Shown here one piece after another: positions 35,203 to 42,708 of a stretch of DNA of 48,119 bases (positions within the stretch are counted from its first letter, which is position 1; each line of letters opens with the position of its first letter). Where the stretch lies: positions 1 to 48,119 of the forward strand of contig JBKKAU010000228.1 of NCBI GenBank assembly GCA_046714475.1. The letters run 5' to 3'. A model generated the notes under the pieces. The model saw only the letters and a list, made by a program, of their open reading frames with translations. It was not told where the DNA came from and ran no database searches. This DNA is from Thermoanaerobaculia bacterium. Lineage in GTDB: Bacteria > Acidobacteriota > Thermoanaerobaculia > Multivoradales > UBA5704. A program made the translations under genes and the position numbers.

Positions 35203-36447
35203 CTAGATGACGCTCCGCCGTTGGCGGCTCCCGGGGTTGGGCTCGCAGTCCGGACGGCCCGCCGGGGTGGCGAGACGGTCGCGGTAGAGCCCCGCGCCGA
35301 CGGCCCCGAACTGCAGGTCGACGGGCAGCAAAGGCGTGTGGGGCGACGAGGTGGGATCGGCGTCACCATCCACCTGCAGACAGGCGTCGAAGATCGCTTC
35401 CGCCGCGGTGCAGGCCCCCTTCCAGGCGACCTCGTGATAGCTGAAACCTCCCCAGCCGCAGCACGGCTGCCACACCGCGGAACCGATCCCGAGCATCGGG
35501 TTCAGGCCGAAGGACCAGGCAGGGCTGCTCACCGGCGGTTCCATGCGTGACTGCCAGAGGTCGGCGCCGAGCGCGTTGGCAAAGGTCGAGGCGATCGTCG
35601 CGCAGTCGGTGCAGTTGACGTAGACGCCGTTGCCCACTCCTCCCTTGAGACGTTCGAGGAAACGGGTGCAGTTGAAGCTCCCGCTCGAGTAGTGGGTGGA
35701 GCCGCCGCCCGGACAGTCATAGGTGATGGTACCCGGTCCCAGGTCGTAGACGCCGCGAGTCACGCCGGCGGCGGCGTTGTCCACATCCTTGGCCAGGATC
35801 CCCCATCTGCAGGCATAGTCCAGCACTTCGGTCCAGGGGAGCTGGGTGTTGGACGCCTGGTAAGGGGTCTGGGTCCAAGGGGTCTTCGGTATCTCGACCA
35901 CGGTGTAGATGCGGTGCTGCGTGGTCTCGAAATCGGTCCAAGGGCCGAACTTCTTGCGGCTGTACTGCCAGCGCCAGATCGTGGTGCGGACACCGACTCC
36001 GGCCTTGTGGAGGTCCACCTTCTTGAGCTCGAAGGTCTCGAAGCCGGTCAAGCCCCCCGCCGGGAAGGTGATCTTGCGGCGTTTGACCGCGCCGAGCACA
36101 TTGCCGGTGAGAAGGCGCGCCAGGAGCTTGAACAGCCACTTGAGGAACGCCAGGCAGCCGCAGCCTCCAGGCCCGGGGCTGGGCTCATAGGTGGGATCCA
36201 CCGCCCGTATCCAGAAGCTCGTGACCTTCGGGTCCGTGGCGCGGAGCTGGGCTTTGATGGTGATTGTCTGCCCCTCGGTGTCCCGCATCGAGTAGGCTGC
36301 CGGCGCGTCCTCGGGGTTGACGCTCACCCCCCGCCGCCACTCCGGCACAGCGACGAACTCGGTGGCGTTGCGGCGGATGTTGAGCGCATCCGAGGTGGCC
36401 GACGTCGGATCGTGATTGAACTGGATCGCTTCCAGACGCACGCTCAT
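35203..36447 (-). CDS. Hypothetical 414-aa protein with a possible transglutaminase-like Cys-His-Asp core
   Basis: Strong SD (caggaggagac-ATG) and no signal peptide. VNCTDCATIASTFANALGADL resembles the G-x-C-x-x-FA...AL catalytic-Cys helix of transglutaminase-like cysteine peptidases. It is followed by FSYHEVAW and FDACLQVDGD. Confidence 0.5.
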   Translation of the reverse strand: MSVRLEAIQFNHDPTSATSDALNIRRNATEFVAVPEWRRGVSVNPEDAPAAYSMRDTEGQTITIKAQLRATDPKVTSFWIRAVDPTYEPSPGPGGCGCLAFLKWLFKLLARLLTGNVLGAVKRRKITFPAGGLTGFETFELKKVDLHKAGVGVRTTIWRWQYSRKKFGPWTDFETTQHRIYTVVEIPKTPWTQTPYQASNTQLPWTEVLDYACRWGILAKDVDNAAAGVTRGVYDLGPGTITYDCPGGGSTHYSSGSFNCTRFLERLKGGVGNGVYVNCTDCATIASTFANALGADLWQSRMEPPVSSPAWSFGLNPMLGIGSAVWQPCCGWGGFSYHEVAWKGACTAAEAIFDACLQVDGDADPTSSPHTPLLPVDLQFGAVGAGLYRDRLATPAGRPDCEPNPGSRQRRSVI

Positions 36448-36624
36448 GTCTCCTCCTGTCCCTGATCACTCGTCATGGCTTCAGGCGATCCACGCGGCCA
36501 GATGTTACCGATCCGCTGAAAAGACCAAGGAGAACCTGACGGCGAGTCGTAGATCGGGAACTCGGCACGTATAGACAGAACCGCGGCGGCGGTGTATCGT
36601 TGCCGCGTTCTCTCTTCCCGTGCC

Positions 36625-39600
36625 GTGACGTTCTACTCCGACCTCCATATCCACTCCAAGTACTCCCGGGCGACGAGCCGGGACGCGGACTTGGAGCACT
36701 TGGCGCTCTGGGCGCGCCGCAAGGGCATCACGGTCGTCGGCACCGGTGATTTCACGCACCCCGCCTGGTTCGAGGAGATCCGCTCCAAGCTCGTCCCCGC
36801 CGAGCCGGGACTGTTTCGCCTCCGCCCCGAGATCGAGCGCGAGGTCGAGCAGCGGCTCCCCGCCTCCTGCCACGGGCCGACCCGGTTCCTGCTGGAAGTC
36901 GAGATCTCGACGATCTACAAGAAGGGCGACCGCACCCGCAAGGTCCACCACCTGCTCTACGCCGCCAACCTGGACACGGCGGCCCGCATCCGGGAGCGGC
37001 TCGGCGCCATCGGCAACATCTCCGCCGACGGCCGGCCGATCCTGGGGCTCGACTCGCGGCACCTCCTGGAGATCACGTTGGAGAGCGGGCCGGACGCCTA
37101 CCTCATTCCGGCCCATATCTGGACGCCCTGGTTTGCCGTGCTGGGCTCCAAGTCGGGTTTCGACTCAGTCGAGGAGTGCTACGGCGACCTCGCATCGCAC
37201 ATCTTCGCGGTCGAGACCGGCCTCTCCTCCGATCCGCCGATGAACTGGCGCGTTTCGCAGCTCGACCGTTTCACCCTGATCAGCAACTCGGACGCCCACT
37301 CGCCGCCGATGCTGGGGCGTGAGGCCTGCTCCTTCAATACCGATCTGGACTACTTCGCGATCCGTAAGGCGCTGGAGACGGGCGAGGGCTACGGCGGGAC
37401 GGTGGAGTTTTTCCCCGAGGAAGGCAAGTACCACCTCGACGGTCACCGCGCCTGCGGCGTGCGGCTCGAACCCGAGGAGACGCGGCGGGTCCGGGGCCTC
37501 TGCCCGGGGTGCGGCAAGCCGTTGACCGTGGGCGTCATGCACCGGGTGGAGGAGCTCGCCGACCGTCCCGGGGAGACTCGAAGCTCCCGCATGGACCCGT
37601 TCCGCTGCCTCGTGCCTCTGCCGGAGGTCCTGGGGGAGATCCACAATGTCGGTCCCAAGTCCCGCACCGTCGAGAGCTCCGTCTCGCAGCTCGTCGGTCG
37701 GCTGGGTCCGGAGATCGACATCCTCGAACGGCTGCCCTTGGAAGAGGTGGCGCAGGCAGGCGGCTCGCTTCTGCTCGAAGCCATCACCCGTCTGCGCGCC
37801 GGCAAGGTCCGGCGGGAGTCCGGGTACGACGGCGAGTACGGCGTGATCCGCCTGTTCGAGCCGGACGAGATCCGCGCGCGCTCCGTGGTGGCGCCGCTGT
37901 TCAAGGCCCTCACCCCCGTCCCCTCTTCGGCCAAGTCTTTGAATGTAGGGGAGGGGCTTGGCCTCTCCCGGGCGGGGGCAAGCCCCGCCCCTACACAGAA
38001 GCCCGCGTCTTCCCCCCTCTCCCGGGGAGGGAGTGCGGAGGGGCGGGAGAAGGGGGCCAGGGGGGTGAGGGCCCTCGATCCCGAGCAGCAGGCAGCCGCC
38101 GAGATCGTGGACGGTCCTCTCCTCATCCTCGCCGGCCCGGGCACGGGGAAGACCCGCACGCTGACCCACCGCCTCGCCCATCTGATCACCGAGCGCGGGG
38201 TCTCTCCCGGGCAGTGTCTGGCCGTCACATTCAGCCGCCGGGCCGCGGCCGAGATGGAGGAGCGCCTCGCGTCTCTGCTCCCGGGCGCCGCGGACCGGCC
38301 TCTGGTCGCGACCTTCCACGGCCTGGGGCTCACGCTGCTGCGTGAGCAGGCTTCCGAGATCGGGCTCAGGGGCTTCCGCGTCGCGACTCCCGCGGAGCGG
38401 AGCGAGATCGCCCGCGAGCTCTTCGACCTCTCTCCGTCCAGAGCCGACCGGTGCCTGGAAGACATCGGACGCGTCCGCCGCCGGTGGGGGAGCCATTCCT
38501 CCGAATCCGGCCCCTCTCCGCTGGAGATCGAGAAGAGAGTCATCCTCTATGAGGAGGCGCTCGCGACCCGGAACCTCCTCGATTTCGATGACCTGCTCCT
38601 AAGGCCGCTGGCGCTCCTTGGGAGGAGGGCCGACCTGACCGAGCACTACCGGCGGCGCTTCCGCTGGGTCTCGATCGACGAGTACCAGGACATCGACGCC
38701 CTCCAGTACGCCCTGGTCCGTCTGCTCGCGCCGCCCGGAGCCAACCTCTGCGCCATCGGCGACCCGGACCAGTCGATCTACGGCTTCCGAGGGGCAGAGG
38801 TTGGCTTCTTCCTTCGTTTTCAAGAGGACTACCCGGGCGCGCGACTCATCCATCTGACGCGGAACTACCGCTCGACCTGCCCTCTCGTGGAGGCGGCCTG
38901 CCAGGCGATCCGGCCAGCGAGCCTCGTTCCAAACCGGCGTCTCACGGCGGTGCGGGACGGGGCCGCCGAGCGGATCGTCATTCAAGAGGCGGCGAGCGAG
39001 CGGGCGGAGGCGGAGACGGTCGTGCACACCCTGGAAAAGCTCCTGGGCGGCACGTCGTCCTTCTCGTTCGACAGCGGCCGTGTCGATGTCGGGGACTCTC
39101 CGGTCCTGTCGTGCAACGACGTTGCGATCCTCTACCGCACCGAGGCTCAGACCGCGCCCCTGATCGAGGCCTTGGGCCGATCGGGTATCCCTTTCCAGAA
39201 GCGGTCCCATCGTCCGTTGACCGAGCAGTCGGGAGTCCGTGCCCTGCTCCCGGTTCTCCAGCGGATCGATAGGGAGGGAATCCCCCGCAGTGTCGAGGCC
39301 CTGCTGGAGAGCGCAATTCTGGAAGCGTCCGGAGCCGCGGAGGCCTCCGACCGGACCGCGATCCTTGCCGCCGCCGAGCTGCTGCGGCCTCTGGCGCTCC
39401 GTTTCGGGGACAACCTCGACGGCTTCCTTACCGAGGTCGCTCTGGGCGGCGAGGTGGACACCTGGGACCCGCGGGCCGAGCGGGTCTCGCTTCTCACATT
39501 GCATGCGTCCAAGGGGCTGGAGTTCCCGGTAGTGTTCCTGGTCGGATGCGAGGACGGCCTCCTGCCCCTGACCTGGCTTGGTGGGGGGGAGACCGATCTC

Positions 39601-39807
39601 GACGAGGAGCGGCGCCTCTTCTTCGTGGGGATCACCCGCGCCTGCTCGCGGCTCTTCCTCTTCCAGAGCCGGAAGAGAACGCTCAGGGGGCAGACGATCG
39701 AAACCCGTCCATCCCCCTTCCTGGCCGACATCGAGGCAATTCTCCTCGATCAGAGGGTCGCGCCCGCGGCCGGCCCACGGCGTCCCGAGCAACTGCTCTT
39801 AATCTGA
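36625..39807 (+). CDS. Fusion protein: EndoQ-like PHP-domain nuclease (N) plus UvrD/PcrA-type SF1 helicase (C)
   Basis: GTG 36625 gives (M)TFYSDLHIHSKYSRATS (PHP His motif). Further N-domain blocks are IPAHIWTPWF, SNSDAHSP and the Zn-ribbon-like HRACGV...CPGCGKPLTVGVMHRVEELAD. The C-domain blocks are LILAGPGTGKT, IDEYQD, TLHASKGLEFPVVFLVG and RRLFFVGITRA. The ORF is open from GTG 36592. Confidence 0.85.
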   Translation: MTFYSDLHIHSKYSRATSRDADLEHLALWARRKGITVVGTGDFTHPAWFEEIRSKLVPAEPGLFRLRPEIEREVEQRLPASCHGPTRFLLEVEISTIYKKGDRTRKVHHLLYAANLDTAARIRERLGAIGNISADGRPILGLDSRHLLEITLESGPDAYLIPAHIWTPWFAVLGSKSGFDSVEECYGDLASHIFAVETGLSSDPPMNWRVSQLDRFTLISNSDAHSPPMLGREACSFNTDLDYFAIRKALETGEGYGGTVEFFPEEGKYHLDGHRACGVRLEPEETRRVRGLCPGCGKPLTVGVMHRVEELADRPGETRSSRMDPFRCLVPLPEVLGEIHNVGPKSRTVESSVSQLVGRLGPEIDILERLPLEEVAQAGGSLLLEAITRLRAGKVRRESGYDGEYGVIRLFEPDEIRARSVVAPLFKALTPVPSSAKSLNVGEGLGLSRAGASPAPTQKPASSPLSRGGSAEGREKGARGVRALDPEQQAAAEIVDGPLLILAGPGTGKTRTLTHRLAHLITERGVSPGQCLAVTFSRRAAAEMEERLASLLPGAADRPLVATFHGLGLTLLREQASEIGLRGFRVATPAERSEIARELFDLSPSRADRCLEDIGRVRRRWGSHSSESGPSPLEIEKRVILYEEALATRNLLDFDDLLLRPLALLGRRADLTEHYRRRFRWVSIDEYQDIDALQYALVRLLAPPGANLCAIGDPDQSIYGFRGAEVGFFLRFQEDYPGARLIHLTRNYRSTCPLVEAACQAIRPASLVPNRRLTAVRDGAAERIVIQEAASERAEAETVVHTLEKLLGGTSSFSFDSGRVDVGDSPVLSCNDVAILYRTEAQTAPLIEALGRSGIPFQKRSHRPLTEQSGVRALLPVLQRIDREGIPRSVEALLESAILEASGAAEASDRTAILAAAELLRPLALRFGDNLDGFLTEVALGGEVDTWDPRAERVSLLTLHASKGLEFPVVFLVGCEDGLLPLTWLGGGETDLDEERRLFFVGITRACSRLFLFQSRKRTLRGQTIETRPSPFLADIEAILLDQRVAPAAGPRRPEQLLLI
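37944..37995. repeat. G+C-rich hairpin element embedded in-frame in the inter-domain linker of the fusion gene
   Basis: TGTAGGGGAGGGGCTTG (37944-37960) and CAAGCCCCGCCCCTACA (37979-37995) are 16/17 complementary around an 18-nt loop. A purine-rich GGGAG/GGGTGAGGG tract follows, to about 38070. Confidence 0.55.
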
Positions 39808-39814
39808 TCGGCGA

Positions 39815-39831
39815 GCGCCGGGCCAGGGTCC
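39815..39831. repeat. Left copy of a 17-bp perfect direct repeat GCGCCGGGCCAGGGTCC
   Basis: Identical 17-mer at 40377-40393. Together they bracket the small lipoprotein gene. Confidence 0.8.
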
Positions 39832-39924
39832 CATAGAGGTAGCCTCGCTTTGGCCCGCATTTGACGGCCCGGAAGGAGTGCAGTACCTTGGGGACCTTCA
39901 ACGACTGTCATTCGGAGGCTGGCG

Positions 39925-40365
39925 ATGGCACAGCGTGGGACGACCTGGAAGACGACTGCTTCGACGGTGCGGGCGCTCGCGCTCGCGACCCTTCTTCTGG
40001 GCGTGGGTGCCTGCAGCGGCGACGACGACTCGCCGACGGCGCCGTCGACGCTGATCCTGGCGTCGTTCATGGACCCGAGGGGCGGCTTCTCGACCACTGA
40101 CGTGCGCGACTCCGAGGGCGACATCGTGCGCTTCACCGTGGACGGCAGGCTGGTGTGGACCCCGACCATGGCCGCCTTCAGCGGCTTCCCGGTGGCCGGC
40201 AACCTCATCGGCCCTACCCAGGGCTTCGAGGTCCGCTTCGGCACCGAGGGCGGCCAGCGCCGGGCCTACTTCACCGAGCGCGGCCCCGGCACGCTCTGCG
40301 ACATCGACCTCATCAACGGTATGATCAACGTCTCGCCGACGTCGCAGACCGTTCCAAACCCCTGA
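39925..40365 (+). CDS. Small lipoprotein of unknown function
   Basis: 146 aa. Signal plus lipobox ALALATLLLGVGAC. The 3' end overlaps the convergent GNAT gene by 41 nt. Confidence 0.55.
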   Translation: MAQRGTTWKTTASTVRALALATLLLGVGACSGDDDSPTAPSTLILASFMDPRGGFSTTDVRDSEGDIVRFTVDGRLVWTPTMAAFSGFPVAGNLIGPTQGFEVRFGTEGGQRRAYFTERGPGTLCDIDLINGMINVSPTSQTVPNP

Positions 40366-40912
40366 GCTTCGAGCGGGCGCCGGGCCAGGGTCCGGGCGTC
40401 TTCTCAGGGAAGTCCTTGACCTCCGTCTCCTGCCGGTAGAGGCGGAAGCCTCTCGCCTGATAACTCGGCAGCGCGGCCGGAGAGTCGAGAGAGCAGGTGT
40501 GGAGCCAGACCCTGGAGGCTCCCATGCTCCATGCCCGCTCGACCGCTGTGGTCAACAGGGCGCCTCCGAGGCCGCGGCCGACGAACCGGGGGAGCAGCCC
40601 GAAGTACGCCAGCTCGACGCTGCCGTCCTGCTGCTTCTCCAGTTCGAAGTAGCCCGCCGGAGTCCCATCGAGATACGCGATCCAGGTCTCGAGCTCCGGC
40701 CGGTCGACCCAGGCGAGCCATTGGTCATAGCTCCAACTCAGCCGGTCCACCCAGAACCAGTCGCCTCCGACGGCGGTATAGAAGAACCGGTTGAGCTCCG
40801 GAGAGGGGATGCGGGCCTGCTCAACGCGGAAGCCGTCCGCCGCCGTCCGTGATGGACGGAGGTCCGCAGGAGAGGTCATCTCCAGGTAGTAGGTGGTGAT
40901 CTCTCGGTGCAT
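40325..40912 (-). CDS. GNAT-family N-acetyltransferase
   Basis: MHREITTYYLEMTSPADLRP is a typical start for this GNAT subgroup. The acetyl-CoA loop is LLPRFVGRGLGGALL. The frame is stop-free upstream to 41086, and the listed ATG is at 40975. Confidence 0.75.
   Translation of the reverse strand: MHREITTYYLEMTSPADLRPSRTAADGFRVEQARIPSPELNRFFYTAVGGDWFWVDRLSWSYDQWLAWVDRPELETWIAYLDGTPAGYFELEKQQDGSVELAYFGLLPRFVGRGLGGALLTTAVERAWSMGASRVWLHTCSLDSPAALPSYQARGFRLYRQETEVKDFPEKTPGPWPGARSKLRGLERSATSARR
40377..40393. repeat. Right copy of the 17-bp direct repeat GCGCCGGGCCAGGGTCC
   Basis: Lies inside the 3' tail of the GNAT gene (it encodes GPWPGA on the minus strand). Confidence 0.8.
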
Positions 40913-41117
40913 CAGGGAATCAGGATAATACTTCTCGGGAAGGTCCTGCTGAGCACGCGTCTTGGCGAGGCGCATCAGATGCTCGAGTTGGAGATAGCGT
41001 TCAAGATCTGAGCTCTCGGTCGGCGTGAGGGCGGAGGCCTTCTCTTTGGCGAGCAGCGATGCGATTCTGGCTTTGCCGTCTCGAAATTAGATTGGTCACT
41101 CACGGGATCAGCTTACC

Positions 41118-41699
41118 TCACCGATCCGATCGGTCGATCCACTTCTCGACCTGGGGCGGCGTATAGCTCTCCATCCGGTCGAGGAGGCGCTCGGGGTCGT
41201 CGTCCACCAGCACCATGGCGCGGTGGACCTCGCGCAGGAAGCGTTGTTCGACGGAGCGGTCGAGGAAGGCCAGGAGCGGGTCGTAGTAGCCGGCGACGTT
41301 CAGAATCCCGCAGGGCTTCCGGTGGAGCCCGAGCTGCGCCCAGGTCCAGATCTCGAACCACTCGTCGAGCGTGCCGATTCCGCCGGGGAGGGCGATGAAG
41401 CCGTCCGCCAACTCGGCCATCAGCGCCTTACGCTCGTGCATGGTGCCGACCACCCGCAGCTCGTTGAGCCCGGTATGGGCGACCTCACGAGCTTCCAGCG
41501 CATAGGGGATGACGCCGATGACCTCGCCGCCCGCCGCGAGCACGGCGTCGGCGACCGTCCCCATCAGCCCGACGCGCCCACCGCCGTAGACCAGGCCGAG
41601 GCCCCGCTCCACGAGGAGCTGGCCGAGGCCTCGAGCGGCCTCCGCGTAGATGGGAGAAGCCCCGGGGCTCGAGCCGCAGAAAACGCAGACGCGAGTCAG
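41118..41699 (-). CDS. LOG-family (TIGR00730-type) nucleotide 5'-monophosphate nucleosidase
   Basis: [11 protein letters not shown] and [14 protein letters not shown] are the LOG signatures. The conserved N-terminal strand [10 protein letters not shown] lies upstream of the only listed start (GTG 41612). The proposed start is the CTG at 41699, preceded by GAGG, because there is no ATG/GTG/TTG in frame after the TAG. Confidence 0.75.
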   Translation of the reverse strand: MTRVCVFCGSSPGASPIYAEAARGLGQLLVERGLGLVYGGGRVGLMGTVADAVLAAGGEVIGVIPYALEAREVAHTGLNELRVVGTMHERKALMAELADGFIALPGGIGTLDEWFEIWTWAQLGLHRKPCGILNVAGYYDPLLAFLDRSVEQRFLREVHRAMVLVDDDPERLLDRMESYTPPQVEKWIDRSDR

Positions 41700-41829
41700 A
41701 GAGGCCTCACGAGAAAGACCTTGATCATGGGTGGCGCTCCTGCTAGAGGCGATATTCTACATCTGGCGTCGCCGAGGAGCACCGGCGGGAAGAGGGCGGT
41801 TCGCGGTAGCATCGTCGAGGAGGAAGCTT

Positions 41830-42042
41830 ATGGCGCGCGAAGTCAGCATTGAAGCAGTAGATGACGACATGGCCGCTGTGCTGCGGGCCAAGACGGGGGC
41901 CGAGCGTCTGCAGATCGCAAGCGACATGTTCGCAGCAGCCCGCAAGATGATCGCGAGCCACCTCGCCGCGGAGCACCCGGACTGGGATGAGGAGCAGGTC
42001 CAACGGGAGACCTCTAGGAGGATTTCTCATGGAGCAATCTGA
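41830..42042 (+). CDS. Small helical protein (70 aa), putative antitoxin-like partner
   Basis: ATG 41830 follows gaggaggaagctt (SD). Overlaps the next gene by 14 nt. Lower G+C than the flanks. Confidence 0.45.
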   Translation: MAREVSIEAVDDDMAAVLRAKTGAERLQIASDMFAAARKMIASHLAAEHPDWDEEQVQRETSRRISHGAI

Positions 42043-42601
42043 GCTGCTCCGGTACGTGATTGGAACCCTTGAGAAGTTGGGGCTACGGTATTTCGTGACA
42101 GGTTCGGTTGCGACCATCTTCTTTGGAGAACCCCGGTTTACCAACGACATCGACGTCGTGGTCGACCTCCCGGCAGGAAGGATCCCTGATTTCTGCGCCG
42201 CCTTTCAGAGCCCGGATTTTTATCTGGCCGAAGAGAGGGTGCGGCAGGCGGTTGGAAGACGAGGGCAGTTCAATATCATTCATCCGGCTTCGGGCTTGAA
42301 GATTGACGTAATGGTCCCTGCGGAAACCCCCTTCAACCGCAGCCGCTTTTCTCGAGCCAAGCGCTTGAGCCCTTCCCCAGACTACGACGCCGTATTTACA
42401 TCCCCAGAGGATGTGATCCTCAAGAAGATGGAGTACTACCGCGAGGGCAACTCGGATAAGCACCTCCGCGACATCGCCGGTATCCTCAAGATCAGCGGTG
42501 AAAGGCTGGACCTTTCCTATATTGACGAGTGGGCGGAGCGGCTGGGCCTCTCCGATATCTGGATTGATGTCCGTGCCGCGGCGGGTCCAGGAGCGGCATG
42601 A
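42029..42601 (+). CDS. Nucleotidyltransferase-fold protein (putative TA/abortive-infection-type component)
   Basis: 190 aa. FVTGSVATIFFGEPRFTNDIDVVVDL is a GS-x(n)-D-x-D minimal nucleotidyltransferase motif. Confidence 0.55.
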   Translation: MEQSELLRYVIGTLEKLGLRYFVTGSVATIFFGEPRFTNDIDVVVDLPAGRIPDFCAAFQSPDFYLAEERVRQAVGRRGQFNIIHPASGLKIDVMVPAETPFNRSRFSRAKRLSPSPDYDAVFTSPEDVILKKMEYYREGNSDKHLRDIAGILKISGERLDLSYIDEWAERLGLSDIWIDVRAAAGPGAA

Positions 42602-42708
42602 CGGCAGTGTCCGAGGCGACGATCGCCCTGGCGCTCTATCTCGCGCTCAAGTGGTCTGTGGATGAGGACCGTGCCGGGATGGCGTCGGCGCGGTCCTCGT
42701 GGTGATCC

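Noticed and set aside
40913-41086. Stop-free in-frame extension upstream of the GNAT start, translating to ...RIASLLAKEKASALTPTESSDLERYLQLEHLMRLAKTRAQQDL, which reminded me of small helical antitoxin-like proteins
   Set aside because: There is no canonical start before the ATG at 40975 and no stop separating it from the GNAT. My family recollection is too vague to support a call. It is treated as 5' leader or a possible remnant; checking needs a BLASTX of 40900-41090.
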